64,000 bases of DNA from Octopus vulgaris (Eukaryota). The stretch covers positions 8,246,001 through 8,310,000 of the forward strand of contig OX597816.1 in NCBI GenBank assembly GCA_951406725.2, read 5' to 3'. Made by a program: the position numbers and the translations under genes. The notes under the pieces are model-generated. The model searched no databases and was not told the origin of the DNA. It saw nothing but the letters and a program-made list of their open reading frames with translations. Positions 42,562 to 56,269 of this stretch are shown piece by piece; positions within the stretch are counted from its first letter, which is position 1, and each line of letters begins with the position of its first letter.

Positions 42562-43290
42562 TAAAGAAAATATTAAAAAATAATCCAGAATCCTTGTCCG
42601 GAACCGGATCGATCCCAAAAGCTAATCAGTTTGTGTCAGTCACGAGACCAAACATCCTGAAAGTTTCATCCGAATCCATCCAGCGGTTCTTAAGATATCT
42701 TCTCCACGGCAAACAAACAAACACGAGCGAAGAGACGGAGGTTTTAAGTATTCTATTTATTCTAGAGGCGGCGAGCTGGCAGAATCGTTATCACGCCGGG
42801 CGAGATGCGTTGCCGTATTTCGTCTGCCGTTACGTTCTGGGTTCAAATTCCGCCGAGGTCGACTTTACCTTTCATCCTGTCGGGTCGATAAATTAAGTAC
42901 CAGTTACGCACTGGGGATCGATGTAATCGACTTAATCCGTTTGTATGTCCTTGTTTGTCCCCTCTGTGTTTAGCCCCTTGTGGGCAGTAAAGAAATATAT
43001 TTATTCTAGATGGTAAGTTATTAATAATTAACATTCTGTCAACATTAATTGACTGAGATATCAATTCTTTATTACCGCCGCCTTAGCGAAGGCGGAGGTT
43101 TTGTTTTCACTAGTGCTTGTTTGTTTGTCCGTGGACAAGATATCTCAAGGATGTTTGGCCTCGGGACTGGCACAAACTGATTAGATTTTGGGATCGATCC
43201 GGTACTGGACAAGAATTCTGGATGATTTTTACAGTTTTTTTTTTTTACTTAATTTTTGAGAGCGGTCGATTTCATTTTAATATTCGTGGA
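42562..43290. mobile_element. Two oppositely oriented Helentron-associated (HINE/DINE-1-like) elements (42562-42740 minus, 43067-43290 plus) flanking a SINE B
   Basis: TTTTATTACCGCCGCCTTAGCGAAGGCGGAGGTTTTGTTTTCAC...GTTTGTTTGTCC terminus with hairpin; shared GGGATCGATCCGG block in inverted orientation. Confidence 0.6.
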
Positions 43291-43531
43291 TTCCTATCTG
43301 CTAAAATTATGTCTTAATCGCTATCCATTAAAAAAGAAACCTTTGTAGCCAAAACAAGTACTTACTTTCAAACAATCAAACTTTCGTATTCAACCAGCCA
43401 AACTTAGTTGATGTTATTGCTGCTTTTAACCGTAATAAACTGGAAAAAAACTTCTGATGAAATAAGAATATTGTAAAAACATTTATCAATTGCGTTTCTA
43501 CTTCTATTTCTAAAGCCTGTTCCAACAGATA

Positions 43532-43915
43532 GTGGAGGCGCAATGGCCCAGTGGTTAGGGCAGCGGACTCGCAGTCGTAGGATCGCGGTTTCGATTCCCA
43601 GACCGGGCGTTGTGAGTGTTTATTGAGCGAAAGCACCTAAAGCTCCACGAGGCTCCGGCAGGGGATGGTGGTGATCCCTGCTGTACTCTTTCACCACAAC
43701 TTTCTCTCACTCTTACTTCCTGTTTCTGTTGTACCTGTATTTCAAAGGGCCGGCCTTGTCACTCTCTGTGTCACGCTGAATATCCCCCGAGAACTATGTT
43801 AAGGGTGCACGTGTCTGTAGAGTGCTCAGCCACTTACACGTTAATTTCCCGAGCAGGCTGTTCCGTTGATTCGGATCAACCGGAACCCTCGTCGTCGTAA
43901 CCGACGGAGTGCTTC
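43532..43915 (+). mobile_element. tRNA(Arg-like)-derived SINE family C
   Basis: GTGGAGGCGCAATGGCCCAGTGG (box A), GACTCGC anticodon-like region, GGTTTCGATTCC (box B); second copy at 49747-50129. Confidence 0.88.
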
Positions 43916-44059
43916 CCCAGTTGTCATAATATAAATATACATGGAAATCTGGTGAATATCAATAATAGTCGTTGTAATAATGATATAAAGTGTATTGTAA
44001 TAATAGCGGTCATGATATTTGTACTAGTAATATACTTTCTCCTAACATACTCTTTACTT

Positions 44060-44266
44060 TTTTACTCTTTTACTTGTTTCAGTCATTTGACTGCGGCCAT
44101 GCTGGAGCACCGCCTTTAGTCGAGCAAATCAACCCCGGAACTTATTCTTTTGTAAGCCCAGTACTTATTCTATCGGTCTCTTTTGCCCAACCGCTAAGTA
44201 ACGGGGACGTAAACACACCAGCATCGGTTGTCAAGCAATGCTAGGGGGACAAACACAGACACACAA

Positions 44267-44297
<31 letters not shown>

Positions 44298-44468
44298 CAT
44301 ATATACGACGGGCTTCTTTCAGTTTCCGTCTACCAAATCCACTCACAAGGCTTTGGTCGGCCCGGCGCTATAGCAGAAGACACTTGCCCAAGGTGCCACG
44401 CAATGGGACTGAACCCGGAACCATGTGGTTGGTATGCAAGCTACTTACCACACAGCCACTCCTGCGCC
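44060..44468 (-). mobile_element. SINE family A
   Basis: Family A sequence. Confidence 0.9.
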
Positions 44469-44679
44469 TAAATAAGAAACTGCGTAACTGCTGAAGGCCA
44501 ACGAAATCCCCGTTTAGTAATTAATGTCTAACTAAAAATATTGTTTATACGCTGCAGCTATAAATTCCAAATCTAGATAACGTAACTATTTAACACAACA
44601 TTAGAAGAAAGGATAAGGCTGAATCAACATGCTTGGTGGCAAAACTCTGGGAATTAAAAAGACTAGATATTAACTAGAT

Positions 44680-45651
<972 letters not shown>

Positions 45652-45971
45652 GACATGACAATTTCTTGGTCTATTGAAAGAAATGCAATGCCATACTTGG
45701 GTGATGGCAGCGGGTGTTCTTTGTGTTGCTTGGAAACTCTCAAAATTTTGTAATGTAAAAAAAAAGCTTAATAAATTTAAAGAATTATGTATGAGATGTT
45801 TCCACATGAGTAAAAAAAACTTTCTTATTCTATCAACCAGAAATAAAAATTTTACTCGAAGTATTATTGTTTGGAGTTGTTGCCGTAATATAATTAGAAA
45901 TGCCGCTAAGTATTTTGTCTGACTCACGATTCCGCCAGATCGCCACCTTATAGTAATAATGATAATAATAC

Positions 45972-46635
45972 CCACCTGACAACAAGGTATGCGATAGGGA
46001 CGAAAGAAAAGTCGATAGATATGACTCGTTAGCTTGGGAGGTTAAGCAGTTGATGAAAAGAAGGTAGTAGTAACAATAATTGTTTGAACCCTGGGAACAG
46101 TGAGCAAAAATCTTTGAGAAGTACATGGAACAAATAGGGGCTGCAATAAGGGTGGAGCACTTGCGGAAAACAGCACTGCATGGAACCGCTCGAATACTCC
46201 GGATGGTGCTCGAAAAATAAAGGGTGTTACTTTAGTTCACTGGTAGTGAACAGCTGGTACCGTAGTACATCACCAGCGTTAGAAGCTATGCAAAGACAAT
46301 AAATAATGATGATGATGATGATAATAATAATAATGCTATATATTTGATGTTGATAATAATAATATTAAATAGTTAAAGGTGAAGATAATGCCAATTATTG
46401 TTGGGTCCTTGGGGACAGTATCAGAAGGCATCAAAGGGAGTATAAAGGTAATTAGAATAGAGTACCCAGGAGAACTGTTACAAAAGGTCTGCCTCCTTAG
46501 CACAGCCAGAATAATCAGGAACGTATTGGATAGCTGAAAAATAAAACGGGTAGCATGGTTGCGTAGGCTGCAAGTAGCAAGACCGCTACGCATGCAAGAC
46601 TCCAGAAGTTCCAACAAAACCTGGGATAAAGAGAA
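45972..46635 (+). mobile_element. Two tandem R4/Dong-like LINE 3' ends, each followed by (TAA)n
   Basis: ..HLRKTALHGTARILRMVLEK* (to 46220) and KVKIMPIIVGSLGTVSEG...LLQKVCLLSTARIIRNVLDS* (46375-46535). Confidence 0.72.
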
Positions 46636-46657
46636 AATAATAATAATAATGATATTG

Positions 46658-46758
<101 letters not shown>

Positions 46759-47299
46759 AAAAACAACAAAAACAACAACAACAGGAAGAAGAAGAAGAAG
46801 AAGAAGAAGAAGAAGAAGAAGAAGAAGAAGAAGAAGAAGAAGGGGAAGAAGTGATTCAAAAGATATCTTGCAAACAACTTGCACATGCAAGTGCTACCAG
46901 TTAAAAGCTCCGTATATCGGAAGCTAGCAAGTGTATAGGGTCATCAGGAGAGAATGCGTGTCGTTTCGGGGCCTACCTCTCGACGGCATCAATGCGCACC
47001 GGCCCCCTCACTGATATGAGGCCCCGCTTGCTAGATCAGCTGGTTATGAAGAACTCAATATACTTCTAGCCATCGCTCATCGTCTCTTTTTAACCAAATC
47101 CAGTGGCTAGCCTTCTCCACTGTAGATTGGATATCAGTCATGGTGGTATTGACTTTACGATGAGTTAGGCCTAACGATAACAACAGTCGTCTCACGCTGT
47201 GTCCTACAAACCAACAAAAATATGGTATCAAAAGCGCGTTAGGGTGTTCTATCTATTTATGAAACTATTTACGAAAACAAAATAGTAAGAAAATTCATA

Positions 47300-47805
47300 G
47301 GCGCAGGAGTGGCTGTGTGGTAAGTAGCTTGCTTACCAACATGGTTCCGGGTTCAGTCCCACTGCGTGGCACCTTGGGCAAGTGTCTTCTACTATAGCCC
47401 CACGCCGTCCAAAACCTTGTAAGTGGATTTGGTAGACGGAAGCTGAAAGAAGCCCGTTGTTGCACTGAATTAATAAATAATAATTGATGTAAGTCAATTG
47501 TTGTTAATCAGTACTTCTCCATTTTCTGTTTTCTTTAAATTTTGTGTGATTGTGTGCGTGCGTGCGTGCGTGAGTGTGTGTGTGTGTGTGTGTATGTGTG
47601 TGTGTGTGTGTGTGTGTGTTTGTCCCGCCCCAACATCGCTTGACAACCGATGCTGGTGTGTTTATGTCCCCATAACGTTGCGGTTCGGCAAAAGAGTCCG
47701 ATAGAATAATTCTAGGCTTACAAAGAATAAATCATGGGGCCGATTTGCTCGACTAAAGGCGGTGCTCCAGCATGGCCGCAGTCAAATGACTGAAACAAGT
47801 AAAAG
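47300..47805 (+). mobile_element. SINE family A
   Basis: Family A head and tail, with an AT-rich insert. Confidence 0.88.
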
Positions 47806-47956
47806 AAAAGAATGACGACGACGATGACGATGATGATGATGATGATGGTGATGGTGATGGTGATAGTGATGGTGATGATTTCCTAATTATAACACCGACC
47901 TTAACACGTTTCCATTTAAAGATGATAATAATTACCCTACAGTCATCAGTTTTAAT

Positions 47957-49041
47957 TAAGGCTCGCAAAAAAACGATAATTCCCAAAACCGAGTTCAAGT
48001 ATAAGTAATTCTCAAAACCGGTTAAAAACCGGTTTTCGCGGGTACTACTTAAGAATTTCATATAGTAAATTGGGAGATTTCCATTCTTCGTCAGCGACGG
48101 CATCTGTGGAAAGTTCTGCACGTAGAGCATTTGAAATGCAGCTTTTCAATTTCAAAAATCTCTCAATCATATTGAATGTGCCATTCCACCCAGTTCTGCA
48201 ATCCAGTATAAGTTTATATTATCTATTATCAAAGTTCGCTCGTACAAAATCTTGCAAAATTTCATTTTTTGTAGGAGATTTACGGAAATGTTTTGAATGT
48301 TCTCTTACCTTATTTAAAACTTTGTTAAATTCAGGTTTTAGCTTGGGAAAACAAGCATTTTCGTGAGCCAAATCTGTTTGACAAAGTATGTCTTGTTGGC
48401 TTATGTCAGCTTCATCACTATCGTCTGTTATGGCGATCACTATCGTCTGTTATAACGATCACTATCGTCTGTTATGGCGCTTTTTTTATCAAAAAAATTA
48501 GTGTTACTTCCTTGGAATGAATCTGGAACTGGTTATTACATATGCTCAACAGGAAAGATCACCCGACTGAAGACTAACAGCATCCCCTTGACTTGCTATG
48601 AATAAACTCAGTTACCTGCAAATTCAAAGAGTCAGCCAGGGGTTAGCGAAGGAGATGACAAGGTGCTGATCTAAGGTTCAAGGGGGAAAGAAGGTGAGAA
48701 TTGATATGTTGCGACATGTTTCAATGAAACAGTCAGCACTCTCAACTAAAGGCGACCGACAACAGTTCAGTTAGTTCAGTTTCAACGATATTTCTTGAAA
48801 AGAAAAAATGGAGAAATGTTTTGCGAAAAAAAAAGAAGAAACAGCGGATCTTTTCACTTTGACCGGCAAATTTAAAAAATAGTTATTTGTAACTAAACAC
48901 TTTTAAACTTCGTATACTGGTAGAATGTGTTACATGAAACATCTTTTATTGAAAAGAGCCGAAACAACAAGCCTTAATATCGGTTTTGGCAAATCGGTTT
49001 CGGTTTTACTGATCATAATATAAAACCGGTTTCGAGGCCTA
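47957..49041 (-). mobile_element. Internally deleted hAT transposon
   Basis: Short TIRs TAAGGCTCG / CGAGGCCTA, 8-bp TSD GTTTTAAT / GTTTTAAC, transposase fragment NKVREHSKHFRKSPTKNEILQ. Confidence 0.85.
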
Positions 49042-49746
49042 GTTTTAACTTGTCTGGTAAATGGCTGTAAATTCATAATTCTTCCAACTTATTTTTTCTT
49101 CATTCATTATTTAGATCCTAACTTCGCTCACTAGCGATCATTATTTTGATTAACGATAAATCCTTGAATGAAATTACACACGACACATAGTATATCCTCG
49201 CCTTGAGCCCCTTGCACTTAAAAGATACTGTATGAATAAATATACTTTCATTAAATATTCTCTGCCAACGTATTACTCGAACGTCGCCCCTCAGTTTCTC
49301 GCTAAGCCGTAAATCTCGTTGATTTCATTTTGATTAGGTTATATAGAGTTATTCTGTTGTGTCTGGGGAGAGTCATTTTCTCTTTGTGCCTTATAATGTA
49401 ACACACTCACCGGTAAAATTTCCACTTTTTTCTTATTTTTATGTTCCTAAAATTTTCGTTGCGTCTTGCAACCTTTTCAATAGTTTTGACTCTGTCCGTT
49501 ATTTACACTGCGTTCCCTTTTGTTTGTTTGTGCGCATGTGTGTGTGTGCCTATACATGCATGTACGTGTGTATGTGTGTGTTTGTATGTGTATGCATATG
49601 TGTGTGTATGCATATGTATATATGTATGTATGTGTGTGCATCTGTATGTACGTATCCTGCATATTTATGTGCTTGCATATAAGGCATAAAAAGAAAATGA
49701 CTTTCCCCAGACACAACAGAATATGCTTCAACACACGAACTCATAT

Positions 49747-50129
49747 GGAAGCACTCCGTCGGTTACAACGACGAGGGTTCCGGTTGATCCGATCAACGGA
49801 AGAACCTGCTCGTGAAATTAACGTGTAAGTGGCTGAGCACTCCACAGACACGTGTACCCTTAACGTAGTTCTCGGGGATATTCAGCGTGACACAGAGAGT
49901 GACAAGGTCGGCCCTTTGAAATACAGGTACAACAGAAACAGGAAGTAAGAGTGAGAGAAAGTTGTGGTGAAAGAGTACAGTAGGGATCACCACCATCCCC
50001 TGCCGGAGCCTCGTGGAGCTTTAGGTGTTTTCGCTCAATAAACACTCACAATGCCCGGTCTGGGAATCGAAACCGCGATCCTACGACCGCGAGTCCGCTG
50101 CCCTAACCACTGGGCCATTGCGCCTCCAC
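49747..50129 (-). mobile_element. SINE family C with TSD
   Basis: Reverse complement of 43532-43915; flanking repeat CACACGAACTCATAT at 49732-46 and 50127-41. Confidence 0.9.
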
Positions 50130-50430
50130 ACGAACTCATATAAAGAATCTTGCAAACCAAATCCAAAAACCAAATATATAGAGTTACTTCTCCTTTAAAT
50201 GATGTCTTTTAGCTTTTACTTGTTTCAGTCATTAGATTGCAACCATTCTAGGGCACGGCCATGGGAAATTTTTAACTGAATGAACGACTCGACCCCGGTA
50301 CTTCTTTAAAGCCGGGTATTTATTCTATCGTTCTCTTTTAACGAACCGCTAAGTTACTTGTGCGTAAACACAGCAACACCGGTTGTCAAGCGGTGGTGGG
50401 GGACAAATACGGGCACACGCGCATACACAC

Positions 50431-50496
<66 letters not shown>

Positions 50497-50649
50497 ATAC
50501 ACAACATGCTTCTTCAGTTTCTGTCTACCAAATCCACACACAAGGTTTTGGTCGGCGCAGGGCTATAATAGAAGTCACTTGCCCAAGGTGCCGCGCAGTG
50601 GGACTGAACCCAAGGACAAATAGTTGGGAAGCATACTTCTTACCACCAG

Positions 50650-53275
50650 CTGGTACGAGGGCAGAACATACTCTCTGACTCGGTTGGGATTCAGTTCCAG
50701 TTCAGCCCCAAAAATTATGGCAAAGTTCCTCAAGGCGATCTTGGCGAAAGTGGCCAAGTTGGAGCAGGTTACTATTTCTTACATATGTGGCTTTCTGGCA
50801 GATGAGAGTGTAAAGTCGGTATGGGAAATTGCGGGTTATCTGGGGAGATTCGGGTTTATTGCAAAACCACTGGAGGCTCCAGAAGGAGGCACTGCGCTGG
50901 GGCGTAATCTCGAAAGAATTAAGGTGGGCAGGCTTGTGTTTCAGAGAGGAAATAACATTCAAGATCTAAGCGAGGACATGAATAGGCGAGAACTGTTCAC
51001 AATGTGTAGGAAAATGGATGGCTCTGAAGGGCATAGAGCTACATCAAGACGCAAGGTGAAGGAGTGAACTACGGAGATAAAGTGGGATAGAAGACAGTTG
51101 CCATCTTGGAGAGAGTGAGAGTAAAGGATCAAGTGAAGGCAGCTGGTATGTACCCGAAACAAAAAGGAACTGTATGGCGTGGTGCATGTAGCATAGTTGC
51201 AGTCTGGAAATGGGAGGTGTTAAGGTGGAAGATGCAGCATGACCCAGGAAGAAAGATGACTACAACCGCATCAGTGGATGCTGTTTTGAAGGGTGTGAAG
51301 TTGGCACTTGGACGGGGACTGCATGCTGTGGAAATTCACATTAATTGGAATACAGGTTTTTGTAGAACCGACTTCGCAGATATCCTATCCTGGGCGACCT
51401 TCGCCGATAGTGCGTTACATTCAGACTAATTCGGCCTCGGTACGGGATAGGTAGCTACGAGTGATCACCAATAAGAGAATCCGAACAGAATTGGCCACGG
51501 AGATGATAATCAAGCACCATCTGGTAATTCAGAAAAAGCTAACTGCTGGATTTGGCTTGAAGATAAAGGTAGTTTTTGTGCCTCCAGAAAAAAAGAAAAT
51601 AAAGTAGATGGTTATACCATATTAAAAAGTAAGACCCGGTTGGAAGTGTCGGAGGTGTTACTGAGTGAAGTGGCCACTGCATGTCGGCTGGAAGGCCTGG
51701 AGCTGAAGGGACGGTATAACATGCACTATATAGGAGTAGACAGGACCCTGTTTTGGGTCAGGAAAGTTGACCCTCATGTCACCAAGAAGAGCGTTCGGAA
51801 ATTGTTGCAAGATGTGATAAGTCTCTCTCTATCGACCTCGTGCAAGTATACATGAAACACGAAGATCCGGGTGGTAGAAGACTTGAAGAGGTTAGCAATA
51901 GATGTAACGCACTATCGGCGAAGGTCGCCCAGGATAGGATATCTGCGAAGTCGGTTCTACAAAAACCTGTATTCAAATACGAATGGAGACACCCGAGCAT
52001 GGTACGGCAGCAGTTCGAAGAAGAAGATGAAGGGTTTGCATCTATTCTGATCACGGATGAAGTGCTGGTGAGGTCACCTGATACGCAGTGTAATAATGTG
52101 TCAGTTGATGGAATGCTGCGTCACATTTTAAACATTCGCAAGGTTGTTAGCTCTTCTGATGACGAAGGACAAGGGGAGGGAGGAGCCAGTCCCACAATCT
52201 TGCGAAGATTACAGAGGGAGCGTCGTCCACCCTTCGAAAGAGAATGAAAGAGGCGTGATCTTAAGATCGAGGGGCGGTGGAAGATTATTAGAGACATCAG
52301 GACCGGAAGCGGGGAATAAAATACGGTTCACCTGCCTCTCGTTGTTGGCTGTCCCGCTGTGTTAAGTCCAAGGACGTGCCCTACCCGTCTTACCTAACGA
52401 TAGTAGCTGCTACGACAAATCACTGCTCGCTTGCTCATCCACTTGCATCCGTTCACTACTAATACCGCAGGCCGAAAGAGGACCACACTGGTCTTGCTTC
52501 CCTCACTTCCTCTCTCTCCCTCTTCCGGTGCGACCCCTCGGCTGTTGACGTCACACCACTTTTCTTCCGGTTCACCTCCTCCCCACACGCCCCACTGATC
52601 TCAAAGATCATCTCCTCACTTAACTCCTGGCATGTCCTTTCAAGGTGTGCTGGTAGCAGCTCAGCCTGTTTTTCAGCGTCGAGGGCTCCCCCTTCCAGCG
52701 TCACTCTACCGCCCACCGCTGACCGTCGAACACCACCCGAAAATCTTTGTCCTCAATGGTGGAAGCAGTACAACTCCATGCGGAAACCTGCCCCCTCTCG
52801 TGTTACGGGCTCACAGCGATGATGCTCCTGCACCACCCAACGAAACCTCGTCTCTATTGACACTGACACCTCCAAGGTGGTTGATCCATGTTCACCACCA
52901 CATCAGTTCCGTCTACCACTTGGTCGACCACAATCGCCCGCAGCCTCAGTGTTGTGTCCTGCACCGTTATCTCCATTTCGCTGCTGCTCTTACATCCAAT
53001 TTCGCTGCCGTCGACCGCCCGAACTCTATTCGTCCCCTTCCAATTTTTTGTCACCCTTGGGGTCACGAGAGACGTTGTACATTCCGTATCCACGAGGGCT
53101 TTGAACACCTTTCTTCCTACCAGGACCGGAAGCGGGGAATAAAATACGGTTCACCTGCAGCGACTACAGGCAGCGACTGCACGAGTGCTTCTATTTGCTC
53201 GCGGGGGAAGTTTAAAAGGCAGTAACCTCCCTGTGGCCTTTTCCCTGGATGCCGTATCGAACGATATGTCCGGGG
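50650..53275. mobile_element. Rearranged Gypsy-like LTR retrotransposon remnant
   Basis: Plus: RT-like YSLTRLGFSSSSAPKIM...SYICGFL, integrase-like HYIGVDRTL and RLAIDVTHY, LTR-like 52270-52416. Minus: protease KALVDTECTTSLV (52854-53108) and IEDKDFRVVFDGQRW linker. Confidence 0.75.
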
Positions 53276-53486
53276 ACGTAAACAGTTTGGCACTGGGGTC
53301 GATGTAATCGACTTAATCCCTTTGTCTGTCCTTGTTTGTCCCCTCTATGTTTAGCCCCTTGTGGGTAATAAGGAAATAGGTATTCACCAGCCATATTTGT
53401 TGCATTAGTGTATAACTGAATCCAACGTTGCAAACTTTACTTAGGCAGCCCCACCCCACTTCCTATCTCTCATGTCTTTTCTACTC

Positions 53487-53872
53487 TAGGTACAAGGCCC
53501 GGAATTTTTGAGGGAGGGGGCCAGTCGATTATATCGACTCCAGTACCAAACTGGTACTTAATTTATCGACTCCGAAAGGATGAAAGGCAAAGTCGACCTC
53601 GGCGGAATTTGAACTCAGAACGTAGCGGCAGACGAAATACCTATTTCTTTACTACCCACAAGGGGCTAAACACAGAGGGGACAAACAAGGACAGACAAAC
53701 GGATTAAGTCGATTACATCGACCCCAGTGCGTAACTGGTACTTAATTTATCGACCCCGAAAAGATGAAAGGAAAAATCGACCTCGGCGGAATTCGAATTC
53801 AGAACGTAACGGCAGACGAAATGCCGCTAAGCATTTCGCCCGGTGTGCTAACGTTTCTGCCATCTCGCAGCC
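53487..53872 (-). mobile_element. Dimeric SINE family B with two different tails
   Basis: The first unit ends ..GCCCCTTGTGGGTAGTAAAGAAATA; the second ends ..GGGCCTTGTACCTAGAGTAGAAAAGA. Confidence 0.85.
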
Positions 53873-54945
53873 TTCTCTATCTCCCACATCTCACCACTGG
53901 GAATATCTGATTTTAGATGTTTTAGAAATCGTTTAAAGTGGCGAACTGGCAGAATCGTTAGCACGCCGGACAAAGTGCTTAGCTGTATTTCATCCGTCTA
54001 CATATTCTAAGTTAAAATTTCACAAAGGCCGACTCAGCCTTTCAGTCAATCGATAAAATAAGTACCAGATAAACACTGGGATCGATGTAATTGACTTAGC
54101 TACTCCTGGGTAGGAGTATAAAAACTGCACTCCTCTGCTAAGCCATGTCGAGCCAGTGTGGCAGAGTGGGCTCATCAAACCTAAATAATCTCAAGTTCAA
54201 ATTCATAGCCTTGACATCAAACCGTGGCTTGTGGAGAGAGCATGCTGATGCCCTCGTCCTGTAGTGGACCGAATATAGGCAATCCAATCCAATCCAATCC
54301 AGTCCCAGAAATCGTTTAACAGGTGGGACTTATTTTTCTTCTTTTCTGGTTTTGTCCGGAGGAAAGGATTGCATGCTTGTCCTTTGCAGGCCCTCAGTGA
54401 CTAGTAAGGTTTGGGTTTGTGCGGGACCTGGATAGTAAAGGATGATGAAAAAGGGTAAGTTGAGAAAATTGATCATCCATTTCCGAGGAGTGGCCGCTGT
54501 CAAAGCTGTATAAATGGGAAAGAGAAAATATGGCGCATCTATGAGCAAAAAATCCCCAAAGTGTTTCTGAATGACTTCATGCTAAACAGTTCAGTTGGTA
54601 GTGTGGAGTTGCCTGTTGAAAACAGTCTATGTTGCAGCAACAGAGTTTCAGATCTAGGATCAGTACTTCAATATGAATATCAGTTGGCGCCCATTCTTGT
54701 GCCATGGCGACCGCTACAGCGAAGTTCACTCACAAGACATTGGCCGATCCGAGGCTATGGCAGAGGGTATTCTTTCAAGACACTACGCAGAGGGACAAAC
54801 GCGAAACAGGAATTATGAAACGAACGTATTAACCACACATATACACTCACACATACGTGTGTGAGTGTATATGCATATATGTGTGTGTGTGTATGTTTTT
54901 ATACATAAGTATCTATGTATGTGTGCGATATATATGGGTCGAATA

Positions 54946-55025
<80 letters not shown>

Positions 55026-56269
55026 TGAGTGTGTGTGGATATAATGGCCAGTGATGTGTATTTAAATAAGAGCGTATTAAATACATAAGTTCTTGGTCTG
55101 TTGAAATTCTCTTTGCTTCCTGAGAAGGTAGAACAATCGCTTGGTGGTAACTGAGACCAACCTCAAAAAAGAAGTTGACGTTATTGTAAGAATCAAGGCA
55201 AGACAGATTGATTATCTGGAGACAAAGACACAGCTGAGTAAAAGTATTCCGGCTTTAGTAGACGACATCGATGCAGTGGTTTTACACTGGGAACCTTCTT
55301 AACTCAAAACGCCTTGTCGCTTTGTTAACGATTGCACAAATGATTCTTTGGGATTTTTTTCTTTGCAGAATTCAAGCCAGTTACTAACAAAATGGCGAAG
55401 CTCTTTCGTTTAAGTCACCACAGCTGTTGGGGGTTTGTGGTTACCTGAATTGCTTGATGAACACATATAAGCATACGTATTGTGCATATGTGTATGCGTG
55501 GAGATAAACTTGCATTCGTGCGTGTGAGTGTCACAATAGAAGACGAATGCATGGTCCATTACTATCTATGTGTATGCATGTATATGTATTCCATATATAT
55601 ACATGTGATTGAGTACAAATGTTCACCCCGGAATTCTCAAACGGAGAATCCTTGAAATGTTTAACAAAAGTTCGCTCTTCCACTAATCAATTATATTTCG
55701 AGAATACGAATCAATCTTATTCGTTCTTTTTTTTTCTTCTTATTTTGGGTGGTGGAATCCAAGCCTTTCAAGGATTCTGTGCAGCTCTGTTGTTACATAG
55801 CCCAGTGCAGCTGTAACAACAGAACCAAATGTAAATGTATGGCCTGGATATAAGAGTTGTGGGTTTTTCCTTAGTTCTCTGTAAACATTCTCCTTTTCCC
55901 CAGTTTGTGATGGTCACTACAACGATGCATGACTTTTTCCTCTCCGTCCTACAGAACCATATCAGAATCATATTTACACCGGGTTGCTGTTTTTATTGAA
56001 ATGTCCCACCAGTATTCTTTGTTTTTAAAGACGTGGATACTTTCTAGTCCTGGTGTCCTTTTGGTATGGCAATCAGGACAAGCCTTCCTGCGCACTGCGC
56101 ACTGTGGTCCACCTTGGTGACAATGTCATGTGTCATAGGAACGCAACACGTCTGTTCTCTGTTTATCTTCTTAATTTAGAATGAATTTTGGCCGTTTACC
56201 TATTTGGCATCAAGGTTGTGAAGGAAAGTATCTTGTTTTGTTCATCATCCAATAATCTCAAGGTGTTGC

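Noticed and set aside
54390-54454. AG...GTAAGT-bounded candidate exon
   Set aside because: Stop codons in all three frames and no other support.
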